Below, piece by piece: positions 47,549 through 56,550 of a stretch of DNA of 64,000 nt (its first letter is position 1; every line of letters starts with the position of its first letter). Made by a program: the position numbers and the translations under genes. Where the stretch lies: the IMG/VR virus record IMGVR_UViG_3300042534_000747, one strand, 5' to 3'. A model generated the notes under the pieces. It had not been told where the DNA came from. It made no database searches and worked only from the letters and a program-made list of their open reading frames with translations. This DNA is from a virus.

Positions 47549-48190
47549 TTGAATTTTAATAATATTTTAATTGATGAACATAAGGCAATTAAATTATTAT
47601 TAGATAAATCTAAATTAACAGAATTATGCATTAAAAGAATAAATGACAAAAAGGAGATAAAAATAAAATTTTATAATCAATATAGTAGGTATCATTCAAT
47701 TGAATTTTTTGAAAATAAAGTAAATGTATGTTTTATAAATGGGAAAAATAAAAAAATTTTTATACCCTTAATAATTGAAGAAATATTAATTGAAGGTCAA
47801 TCTTGGAAATTTTATTTAGATTATTTAAAAAATAAAAATAGTTTTTATCTTAAATATTTATTTGATTTGAAATCTAAATATAGTATAGTAATGTCATTTA
47901 AAATGGAAAAGGGAATAATTCATGAGAAAACAAAAAAATGTGCAATATGTTATATTGAATTAAAAACATTAAATACTAGTTATGATAAATTATATTGTAA
48001 AGATTGTATTAAACAAGTAAATTTAGAAAAAAGAGTAAATATGATATATATAAATCGTGATTCAGATATACATCCAAATAGTTCATTATGTAAGATATTG
48101 AAAACACATAAAGATGAATTTCATGATGACCCTGAAAGATTGACTACTGGAGATATGATGAGAATTATATATGGTGATGAAGATGAATAA
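47549..48190 (+). CDS. Hypothetical protein with Zn finger
   Basis: CAIC...CKDC. Confidence 0.55.
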   Translation: MNFNNILIDEHKAIKLLLDKSKLTELCIKRINDKKEIKIKFYNQYSRYHSIEFFENKVNVCFINGKNKKIFIPLIIEEILIEGQSWKFYLDYLKNKNSFYLKYLFDLKSKYSIVMSFKMEKGIIHEKTKKCAICYIELKTLNTSYDKLYCKDCIKQVNLEKRVNMIYINRDSDIHPNSSLCKILKTHKDEFHDDPERLTTGDMMRIIYGDEDE

Positions 48191-48470
48191 TGTTTGGAAA
48201 GATAAACTTTATATTTTTTTTCATGGTAAAATAACTGAATTTTATAAAGTGAATATAGTTGAAAATCAAACAGCTATATATAAAAATGAAAATGGTTTAA
48301 AATTATGTGTTAAGTATGATAATTATGGATATCATGCAGTGGGTTTTAAATATGTATTTATTTCATCTGAAAAAAATGATGTTATTGATAAAGTAACAAA
48401 TTATTGTGAAATGGAAATTAAGAATCTTGAATTGTATATTGAAAAAATAAAATGTTTGAAAGATATTTGA
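48171..48470 (+). CDS. Hypothetical protein
   Basis: Last gene of the plus array; stop abuts the convergent gene. Confidence 0.55.
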   Translation: MVMKMNNVWKDKLYIFFHGKITEFYKVNIVENQTAIYKNENGLKLCVKYDNYGYHAVGFKYVFISSEKNDVIDKVTNYCEMEIKNLELYIEKIKCLKDI

Positions 48471-48767
48471 TTATTTCTTTTTTGCATTTTTATATTCAGT
48501 CATTAATTCATTTTCTAATTCAGACATTAATTTTTTTAGTTTTTGTTTTACAAGTTTATTTACAAGCACTGTATCAGTTTCTTTTATATAAGGGCAGTGT
48601 TTTAAAACTGATTTTGTATTAAATTTATTATAATTAACTGAAATTGAATGGAATAATTGATGAGCTAAAAAATCACTATTTTCTTCTTTATATTTTCTAT
48701 CAAATTCCTTCAATTTTGCTTTACGTTCATCTTCATATGATTGTAATTCAGGTGCATTGTATTTCAT
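48471..48767 (-). CDS. Hypothetical basic protein
   Basis: 98 aa, own TATA upstream. Confidence 0.55.
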   Translation of the reverse strand: MKYNAPELQSYEDERKAKLKEFDRKYKEENSDFLAHQLFHSISVNYNKFNTKSVLKHCPYIKETDTVLVNKLVKQKLKKLMSELENELMTEYKNAKKK

Positions 48768-48859
48768 ATTATCTGAATAGTAATTTGTTTAAGAGCATAT
48801 AAAGTTTTTTAGAATTAGTGGGAGTTAAAAAAGAAAAGAAGAAAAAGTTTAAAAAATAA

Positions 48860-51658
48860 TTAGCGGATAGGGCAAGCTCCGCCTTCACATCCACTTTCTA
48901 ATAATTCATAGTCTACATTTTCTACTTCATATTTTGAAATTAATGAAGGGTCAAAAGGTTTCATGTTAGCAAGTCTTTCTTCATATTCTTCTTTAGTTAT
49001 TGATTCATACGGTTGGAGTGGATAGAATGAATCATCAAGTGATAAGAAAGATATTGCCACTACATCATCCCAATTATCCCATACCCATTGTTCAACTAAT
49101 TCCCATTCATTTTCACGTACATGAACAGTGATTGAAGTGTTATGTTGCACATAGTTTTCCATGAACATTTTATAGTTTTCAAGCTGTTGGAGTGCAGATA
49201 CATCATATTTTGTAATACCTTCAGGTGCTTTGACAGGGAATTCTATAACTTTAGTTGTGCAATTTTCTTCTGTTTGTCCTGTTTCTGCAAATATAGGATA
49301 TTCCAAATCTTCACAAACACGACATAGAGGGTCATGAGATGCTATTCTTACACGTCTGATGTAATATGGACTATGTGAATAGTGGACTCCTGATGATACC
49401 AGTGGTAGAAGTGACAGAGAACCTTCAGGTTTGACCGTAGTGACTAGTTTAGGTTGTGGTAGACCTAACTTATCAGCGTAATTATTTGCGGAGTCTGAAG
49501 CAGCTTTATTTAGGCTTTTCAAAAGTTTCTTTTCTTCTTCTCTAGATAGGTTGAGAGCATTGACTATGTCCTGCCATCCAGTGAGTGAACATCCTGTGAG
49601 TTTATCTCTATGTAGAATTTCATTCCATTCAGGCATTTCCATTTCAACACAAGTCATTCTATAGCCCATTTTAGCAGACAATCTTTGAGCATTAAGTAAT
49701 CCTTCAATGTCAAGCTTGCCATCTTTTACAAAAGCCATTATATTGACAGTTGTGAGGTTACATGTTCCCTTATTGTCAAGAAGGATTTCACCACATGGGT
49801 TACATCCATTTGCATCATATCTTCTTTTTCTTGCAGCTTCAAGATTCATGAATGCAGGTTCACCAGAATAACGCATAGTCTTTATGTGCCAATTCCACTT
49901 TTCTCTAGTTGGTTTTGATTCATAGATAATTGTGTTATTTGACATTCTTCTATGAGATATTTCATCATTAATTACAAAATCATTACCTTGTTGAATATAG
50001 AGATTTGTTTTTGCATTAATACATTCTTCATCATCTGAATCAATGAGCACTATTTCTGATGTATTATGGGTTAAAATTCCTTCACATATGAAACAATGAT
50101 TATTTTCAACTGATATATCATAAGTTTCTTCTATTTCACCTGTATAAACAACTTCTTTTACAGTGATAGGAATTAATTTTTGAATTATATCAATTGATTT
50201 AATATAATTAGATAATTCTAAATTTTTAACATCTTTTGCATCAGGAATTGATACTAATCTATCATCAGGTTTAATATCCTTTGCCATTTTCCATTCATAC
50301 TTATCAATGTCTGTCATTATTGCCATTCTATGTTTATCAGTACATCTAAATTTACCAAATTGATGTTTTATAGTGACAATTTCTTGTTTACCTTGATATA
50401 CAAAATCAATAACATTTTGGTATCCATCGTCTGTAAGTACTTGCATACCTGTTTTAACATTCTCTATTGGAATCAAACCATCTTTGGTATGAACCATACT
50501 ACCTTCAGGTAAACATCTTCTTACTCCACCGCTTACTACATTTTCACCTATGATGTTAGCAATATCCATGCAGTTGATAGGTTTGAGTTTAAATGTTGTT
50601 GAATCTGCAACAATAGATGCTTTTTTAATTATTTTGTTGATTTTAACAAACATTGTTTTTAGGGATTCATGACCTGATGCAGTTCCACCAAACTTCTTTA
50701 ATTTCATACCTTTTGGTCTTACAAAATCATAATTCATTCTGATGGTTTTTATGTTCTTATATTCAGGTTTAGTAATTAAATCAAAATATGTTTGTAGAGC
50801 TTCAGACCAACCTTCTTTTGAATCTCCAATTGTGATTAAGACCATATCATTAGATTTAAAATCAATTGATGTGTTGTCACATTTGTTTTCAATTGTGTAT
50901 GTATAATCTTCATGAATTAATTCATGATTATAACGTACTTTAGGCAATCTTATAACATCTGATTTTAGGATTCTAATGCCTACTCCTGAACCTACCATAA
51001 GCAGATAGAAAAGTTCAATGAAATCACTGAATTTATTTATTATTTGAAAAGCACAATTATAATTAGACATAGGGTATTCATTTGCTACTGAAGTTCCACC
51101 TACCCATAGGGTTCTACCTGATGGAAATTGCCTAAGATTGAAGATATTGTCAAATATTTTTTCAGCTTCATCTTTTGTTGTGGGTGCAAGTGAACAATTA
51201 TATTCTACTGCCCTACGAATTGTTTCATACCATGTTTCCCTTCTACCTTTTTCTTGAATGAATCTGGAATATGTTCTGTAGTAAATGAATTTACCTAATT
51301 CAGATTCCATCGGCAAAGGTAAATGTTTGTATTTTGAAATGAATTCATCAGTGAGCAGTTGATTTTTTACAGGTTTACAGCATGTTCTTTCTTTAGCTCT
51401 TTCATCTCTATATCTCATGTATCTTCTTGCAGTTTCGATAAGGTTGTTTGCAAGGAGTTCTTTTTCAACCATATTTTGAATTTCTTCAACATCTACAATT
51501 TCTGTATCAATAGTTTCTTCAATCTTTTTTGCAATATCATATGCAATAGTAGTAGTAAATTTTTCAGATGATGTAGATTTAGCTAACATTATTACAGCAA
51601 TAATTTTTAAACCATCAAATTCAACTAATCTACCATCACGTTTTTTAATCATAGACAT
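48860..51658 (-). CDS. nrdJ: Class II (B12-dependent, monomeric RTPR-type) ribonucleotide reductase with ATP cone and intein
   Basis: ATP cone IKKRDGR; YYRTYSR, PSGRTLW, NYNC, NPCGEI, CNL, TVKPEGSLS, C-terminal CEGGACPIR. Confidence 0.95.
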   Translation of the reverse strand: MSMIKKRDGRLVEFDGLKIIAVIMLAKSTSSEKFTTTIAYDIAKKIEETIDTEIVDVEEIQNMVEKELLANNLIETARRYMRYRDERAKERTCCKPVKNQLLTDEFISKYKHLPLPMESELGKFIYYRTYSRFIQEKGRRETWYETIRRAVEYNCSLAPTTKDEAEKIFDNIFNLRQFPSGRTLWVGGTSVANEYPMSNYNCAFQIINKFSDFIELFYLLMVGSGVGIRILKSDVIRLPKVRYNHELIHEDYTYTIENKCDNTSIDFKSNDMVLITIGDSKEGWSEALQTYFDLITKPEYKNIKTIRMNYDFVRPKGMKLKKFGGTASGHESLKTMFVKINKIIKKASIVADSTTFKLKPINCMDIANIIGENVVSGGVRRCLPEGSMVHTKDGLIPIENVKTGMQVLTDDGYQNVIDFVYQGKQEIVTIKHQFGKFRCTDKHRMAIMTDIDKYEWKMAKDIKPDDRLVSIPDAKDVKNLELSNYIKSIDIIQKLIPITVKEVVYTGEIEETYDISVENNHCFICEGILTHNTSEIVLIDSDDEECINAKTNLYIQQGNDFVINDEISHRRMSNNTIIYESKPTREKWNWHIKTMRYSGEPAFMNLEAARKRRYDANGCNPCGEILLDNKGTCNLTTVNIMAFVKDGKLDIEGLLNAQRLSAKMGYRMTCVEMEMPEWNEILHRDKLTGCSLTGWQDIVNALNLSREEEKKLLKSLNKAASDSANNYADKLGLPQPKLVTTVKPEGSLSLLPLVSSGVHYSHSPYYIRRVRIASHDPLCRVCEDLEYPIFAETGQTEENCTTKVIEFPVKAPEGITKYDVSALQQLENYKMFMENYVQHNTSITVHVRENEWELVEQWVWDNWDDVVAISFLSLDDSFYPLQPYESITKEEYEERLANMKPFDPSLISKYEVENVDYELLESGCEGGACPIR
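50063..50515 (-). mobile_element. 151-aa mini-intein in NrdJ (no homing endonuclease)
   Basis: GGVRR|CLPEGSMVHT...block B FRCTDKHR...YDISVENNHCF..THN|T; +1 residue Thr; no LAGLIDADG motifs. Confidence 0.92.
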
Positions 51659-51738
51659 TTTTTTACTCCATTAAAATTAGAACAAGTCAATTGATGTAAT
51701 GCAATATATATAAATGTATTGTAAAAATAGAAAGAGTA

Positions 51739-53391
51739 TTATTGATAAATACTCTTAAATTTATTATATTTAACAATTAATTCATCTGATGTTGTCAATT
51801 CATTGCCTTTTATGGTAGTGATATTGTCAGTTGAATCCATTACAAAAAGAGTTAATATTCCATCAATTTTCTTTACAATGTAAGTTTCTTCTAATTCTTC
51901 AATTCCATTATTAATTATAACATCTTCCTTCATTTCAATAATTTTAGAACTTATTGTTTCATACATTTCTTCAACTACATTTTTATCTTCTTCAATAGGT
52001 TCAATGATTTTTTCTTCAATAGGTTCAGGTTCTTCTATTGGTTCAGGTTCTTTGATAGGTTCAATAATTTCTTCTTCATCTAATTCTGATATATCAGGTA
52101 ATATTGGAACATTTGAAGATATTTCAGGTGTTTCCTGATGTGGCATTTTTAAAATTATTGAAGGTAAATCATTATCATATGCCATCAAAATTACATTTTT
52201 TATAGTTTTAATGTTTTCAATTTTAATAATAGTTTCAATATTATTGTTTGTGAATTCATTGAATTGAGATTGAAGCAGTATTATATCATCAAATTCTAAT
52301 TCATCTGTAAATGAATCTGTAAATGGAGATGCAATTAAAGATGTAATTTGTGAATTAATGGGTGATGAATTAGGAAATATTGTAGTTAATTTGGAATCTT
52401 TAAATTTATTGAATGGTTTAGCTCTTCCATCAATTCTACAAGATTCTCTCCATGCTAAATCATTAATAAATTTAGATATATTCTTTAATGTTGCAACTAC
52501 ATCATTTTTAGATTTCAATTCTAATTGATTCAAAACTTCATTAATTCCTATAATATTTAGATAAATAGGTAATGTGTTTTGCATATTCTCTTCTATTTCA
52601 GATGTAGGATAATGCAAATTTTGAGCATACCATTTTAACATTTGAACTGATGTTTCAACATATTCTCTAAGTATTTTATAGTCAAAACTATTATCTTCAT
52701 TGATTATTGAACTGATATTCAAATGTCCTGAAATAATAGATGAATTTTGATTAAAAAAATATCCATCATATGAAGGTATTACTATTTCATTTTCAAATGG
52801 ATGATATGCTTTTAAAATATCTTCAAAATAACAATTTATGTTAATGGGTGAATTAGATAAAGCATCAACTAAATCCTTTGAATTTAATATTTTCTTAACA
52901 CCTTCTTTAGTGTTAGTTGTATTGAAAGTACTATCTTTTTTGATGGCAATAGTTGTTTGTTCTGTGAATAAAATTGCCTTTTTATAATCAGTAGAATCAA
53001 GATTTATGAATTTTATAATATCTGGATTATCTGATTTCATTACAAATTGGTAATATTCTTCTTTAAATGCAATTTCAGATAAAGATGCAATTTTATTTAT
53101 AAAAGAAATATTATCTATGAGAATTGATAATTTACATCCAGTTACTTTTCTAAATAAATTCATATTTTGGTTATAATCTTCTTCAGTAAGAATATATGAA
53201 TTTGGAATTCCATCTACTGCATATGAATTAGGTATGAATATTCCATTTTTTATAATGCTATAAAATTCTTCTTTTTTATCAATGCTTACAATGATAGTTT
53301 CAGCAACTTTATTAGAAAAATCATCCCAACGTTCAATCTTATTAATTTCTGAATATGTATCTATTAATTTTTTAGTATATTCATTCATCAT
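51739..53391 (-). CDS. Degenerate ribonucleotide-reductase-like protein (catalytic cysteines absent)
   Basis: Collinear RNR barrel relics ERWDDF..VA, EEFY..FIPNS, DNPDIIKFI, GHLNIS, FDY..L..YV, YP..EI, LLQSQFNEF..NNI, AYDNDL; no SAC/NPCGE/CNL; E/P/I-rich linker. Confidence 0.65.
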   Translation of the reverse strand: MMNEYTKKLIDTYSEINKIERWDDFSNKVAETIIVSIDKKEEFYSIIKNGIFIPNSYAVDGIPNSYILTEEDYNQNMNLFRKVTGCKLSILIDNISFINKIASLSEIAFKEEYYQFVMKSDNPDIIKFINLDSTDYKKAILFTEQTTIAIKKDSTFNTTNTKEGVKKILNSKDLVDALSNSPININCYFEDILKAYHPFENEIVIPSYDGYFFNQNSSIISGHLNISSIINEDNSFDYKILREYVETSVQMLKWYAQNLHYPTSEIEENMQNTLPIYLNIIGINEVLNQLELKSKNDVVATLKNISKFINDLAWRESCRIDGRAKPFNKFKDSKLTTIFPNSSPINSQITSLIASPFTDSFTDELEFDDIILLQSQFNEFTNNNIETIIKIENIKTIKNVILMAYDNDLPSIILKMPHQETPEISSNVPILPDISELDEEEIIEPIKEPEPIEEPEPIEEKIIEPIEEDKNVVEEMYETISSKIIEMKEDVIINNGIEELEETYIVKKIDGILTLFVMDSTDNITTIKGNELTTSDELIVKYNKFKSIYQ

Positions 53392-53544
53392 TTCATTTCC
53401 TATTTTTTGATACAGAACAAATAATGGCTTTTATTATATATAAGTCAATTGGTTGAATGGGTATTATTTTACTGAAATTTAATAAACTTTATATAATATG
53501 AGTGACATTCGTTGAACAATATTATAAACTAGAGGCATATATTA

Positions 53545-54156
53545 ATGATTAAAAATAGTTATATTCAAAAAATTACAAAATGTATAAGTTTAATATTTGT
53601 TATTTTGTCAATATTATTAACTATTCCAATTGTTGCATATGGTTTTGAAATACCTTACACCTATGTAAATGCAGTTGGTGAAAAAATTGTATTGATAGAT
53701 AATGAATCTGCTACAAATCCAACATATGATGAATTAGTTGAATTTATTCATGAAGATGAAACTGATAAAATATTATATGTTTATGATGAATATATGTGTG
53801 CAGATTTTGCAAAAGAATTACATGATAATGCTGAAGAAAAAGGAATTAGAGCAGGTTTTGTATTTATAGGATTTGAAAATAAAATAATAGGACATGCAAT
53901 CAATTGTTTTAATACTAGTGATAGAGGTTTAGTGTTTGTAGATTGTTGTGGTACTACTGAAATTGTAATTAATGATAACTATGATAAAATTGCATATGTT
54001 GAACTTGGTAAAGAATATGGAATGGTTTCAATGCAATATACCAATGATACTAGTTATGAATATTATGATTTAAGAAAAGATTTTAAAAGTGATAGAAAAG
54101 GATTTTTTGAAACTTTTGGAAATGTAAAAAATATAAGAATTTTTTGGGAAATGTAA
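53545..54156 (+). CDS. Secreted papain/transglutaminase-fold Cys protease-like protein (paralogue 2)
   Basis: Signal/TM; YMCADFA, GHAINCFNT, FVD; strongly similar to 35583-36185. Confidence 0.7.
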   Translation: MIKNSYIQKITKCISLIFVILSILLTIPIVAYGFEIPYTYVNAVGEKIVLIDNESATNPTYDELVEFIHEDETDKILYVYDEYMCADFAKELHDNAEEKGIRAGFVFIGFENKIIGHAINCFNTSDRGLVFVDCCGTTEIVINDNYDKIAYVELGKEYGMVSMQYTNDTSYEYYDLRKDFKSDRKGFFETFGNVKNIRIFWEM

Positions 54157-54420
54157 TTATTTTGCTTTTTTAAATGTAAATGTTTTTCCTGAAATTTCAA
54201 TTAATCTCCATCCTATTAAGAATAATACCATACTTGCAATCCATAATGCAATGAATGCATATCCCATTGATTCAGATGTGATTTCACCAAAGAAAAGTGT
54301 AGCAATTGAAGTAGAAAGAATATCAGAAGGAAAGGGATTTACCCATGAAATAGCACAAAATACTATAAAGTATCCTGCTTTAGCATATTGAGTTTTTGTA
54401 AATTTTTTATTTAAATTCAT
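54157..54420 (-). CDS. Small membrane protein (2 TM)
   Basis: Two hydrophobic segments, basic termini. Confidence 0.65.
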   Translation of the reverse strand: MNLNKKFTKTQYAKAGYFIVFCAISWVNPFPSDILSTSIATLFFGEITSESMGYAFIALWIASMVLFLIGWRLIEISGKTFTFKKAK

Positions 54421-54455
54421 ATTATCATTTCAAAATAATTAGGGTTAATCCCTAA

Positions 54456-54680
54456 TTACTTTTTAAACATACCTTCAACAAATTCTCCACCAATCTGACC
54501 AACTAGAACTACAACAGAAACAATTGCGTATCCTAATGGCTCTGCACTCTCTACAAGACCTGCCATAGAACCTAAAAATAGACCTGCTGCACCTGCAATA
54601 ACTATGATTGCACCCTTTACAACATCTCCTGTACCAATCTTGCCATTTCCATCAAAGTCTACTGATTTACCTTTTGCCAT
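54456..54680 (-). CDS. 74-aa Gly/Ala-rich 2-TM protein (start revised from 54725)
   Basis: AAAGGTGA RBS before MAKGKSVDFDGNGKIGTGD; two hydrophobic helices. Confidence 0.7.
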   Translation of the reverse strand: MAKGKSVDFDGNGKIGTGDVVKGAIIVIAGAAGLFLGSMAGLVESAEPLGYAIVSVVVLVGQIGGEFVEGMFKK

Positions 54681-54742
54681 AATTTTTTCACCTTTTATTT
54701 TTATTTTTTTTGTTATGCATAACATGAAGTTATGATTGTGAT

Positions 54743-54910
54743 TTATTTCATATTGAATGGGTTTACTAATGTTACTATTGAAGTCAAACCACCTAATATG
54801 AATACTAGAGAATACTTAGTATAATCTATTTCAAATACTGCAATTAATAATGTTCCTATACAAAGGACAAGCAATGATTTCAATAAATCTGAACTTTTTA
54901 CATCCACCAT
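54743..54910 (-). CDS. 55-aa 2-TM protein missed by the ORF track
   Basis: MVDVKSSDLLKSLLVLCIGTLLIAVFEIDYTKYSLVFILGGLTSIVTLVNPFNMK*, overlapping the upstream stop. Confidence 0.6.
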   Translation of the reverse strand: MVDVKSSDLLKSLLVLCIGTLLIAVFEIDYTKYSLVFILGGLTSIVTLVNPFNMK

Positions 54911-55386
54911 GCACTCATACTTCCTTTCACTGCATTACTCAATTCGCTTTCTATTAAAGTTGTAATATTATCATTGAAATTGTATTTTGTATAAAGCATT
55001 AATAATTTTATTTTATCTAAAATTCCTAATTTACCATTGTCACAAAATGAATCAATTAAATTATTTAATGTTTTAATATCATTTTCATTCGTTTGAATAA
55101 TATAATTGGGATTTTCAGTTGCACCTTCCGTTATACTTGAAGAATTTTCTCTCAGCAATACAATGTATTGTTCTTCTTCTATATAAACTTGTAGGTCAAT
55201 ATGAAAATCTGTAAAATATCCTAAATCTTGGATTTTATTCATATTTAATTCTAATTTTTGCATTTCATCTGATGCATTTGCTGAACATGTAGGAATAAAT
55301 ATCATTAATAAAAATGAAAGTAATAATATTTTTTTAATGTAATACATCATATGCTCTCCTTTTTGTATCTTTTTCATCTGTATCAA
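54898..55386 (-). CDS. Secreted protein, possibly SCP2-like lipid-binding fold
   Basis: Signal peptide; YIVLLRENSSSITEG..NPNYIIQT..DI..L resembles the SCP2 pattern. Confidence 0.4.
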   Translation of the reverse strand: MIQMKKIQKGEHMMYYIKKILLLSFLLMIFIPTCSANASDEMQKLELNMNKIQDLGYFTDFHIDLQVYIEEEQYIVLLRENSSSITEGATENPNYIIQTNENDIKTLNNLIDSFCDNGKLGILDKIKLLMLYTKYNFNDNITTLIESELSNAVKGSMSAWWM

Positions 55387-55999
55387 ACATTATGTAAATG
55401 ACTGTGCCAAATCCAATGAAGCTTAATAACATCATTCCATACGCAATTAAATATGATGATAATACAAATATTGAAATAGTTAAATCTAAACCAAATAAAT
55501 TAATAAATGCATTTGTTATCGATTGACCTAAACTTATAGGATTATCAAAGAATATTAATGAATTTGAACTTGTCAACATTACATCAAGTGCATTTTGACC
55601 ATCTGAACTTACAATTAATGGAACAAATGAAGCAATATTTAAAAATAAAATTACAATAGCCCAAATTCCAATTAATCTTTTTGGATATAACATTACTGCA
55701 ATTATACTAGTTGAACATAAAATCAAAGGAGGTGCTATATAATAAATCCATAATTTTAATGGTTCGTTTGAATAGGCATCCATCACTGTATAACCAGTCA
55801 TAATACCAATGTACATATCTACAAAATTCCATCCAAATAATAATCCTGTTATTGAATGAATCATTTCGTGTAAAATTGTAAGAGTGGTCATTAATAATAT
55901 TACAATGGATACAATCATGGGATAAACAGAACTATCTATTGTTGATTTTGGCTTTTTTTGAAATGATTTTTTATTAAATATCGTTTTTATTTGATTCAT
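55334..55999 (-). CDS. M50-like intramembrane zinc metalloprotease
   Basis: HEMIH inside a TM helix, G.T, IAPP (AGP equivalent), N..SFVP..SDG. Confidence 0.75.
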   Translation of the reverse strand: MNQIKTIFNKKSFQKKPKSTIDSSVYPMIVSIVILLMTTLTILHEMIHSITGLLFGWNFVDMYIGIMTGYTVMDAYSNEPLKLWIYYIAPPLILCSTSIIAVMLYPKRLIGIWAIVILFLNIASFVPLIVSSDGQNALDVMLTSSNSLIFFDNPISLGQSITNAFINLFGLDLTISIFVLSSYLIAYGMMLLSFIGFGTVIYIMFDTDEKDTKRRAYDVLH

Positions 56000-56550
56000 T
56001 CAATTACACCTACGTCAACTATTATATTTTCAAATTTTCCAATTGCATATAATGTTAAAATATTATTATCTTTTTCCAATTTGTAAATATTAATATTGTC
56101 TGTGAAATACATAGAACTTCTATCAATTAATTTGAATTTATATGATAAACTTTCTGATGTATACTTATAAAAATCATCCTTTATATAGTTTATTGTAATA
56201 GTTGTTTCAGAATTATTTATTGTTATTAAATCATTATTGCTAGTGCATAATTCTGTTTTATTAAAAATTTCAAATGCATTACCATTGAAAGTATATTTAG
56301 CTCTATATCCATTTTGTGTAGATTCAATTACATTTACAATATTATGATTTTCAGTAATGATAGAATTATCTACATTTAAATTTGAATATGATATTTCATT
56401 ACCATTTGCAAAAATAAAAGATTCATTGTCTAAATAAATATTTTGAGAATATGTATTTAAATTTGAAACTATTATCATTGAAAGAATAAAAAATGAAAAA
56501 ATAATTAATACAGTTTTAAATAATTTATTAATCATTAATTCAACTCCCAA
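55996..56550 (-). CDS. Membrane-anchored beta-rich protein
   Basis: N-terminal TM, Asn/Thr-rich. Confidence 0.6.
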   Translation of the reverse strand: MGVELMINKLFKTVLIIFSFFILSMIIVSNLNTYSQNIYLDNESFIFANGNEISYSNLNVDNSIITENHNIVNVIESTQNGYRAKYTFNGNAFEIFNKTELCTSNNDLITINNSETTITINYIKDDFYKYTSESLSYKFKLIDRSSMYFTDNINIYKLEKDNNILTLYAIGKFENIIVDVGVIE

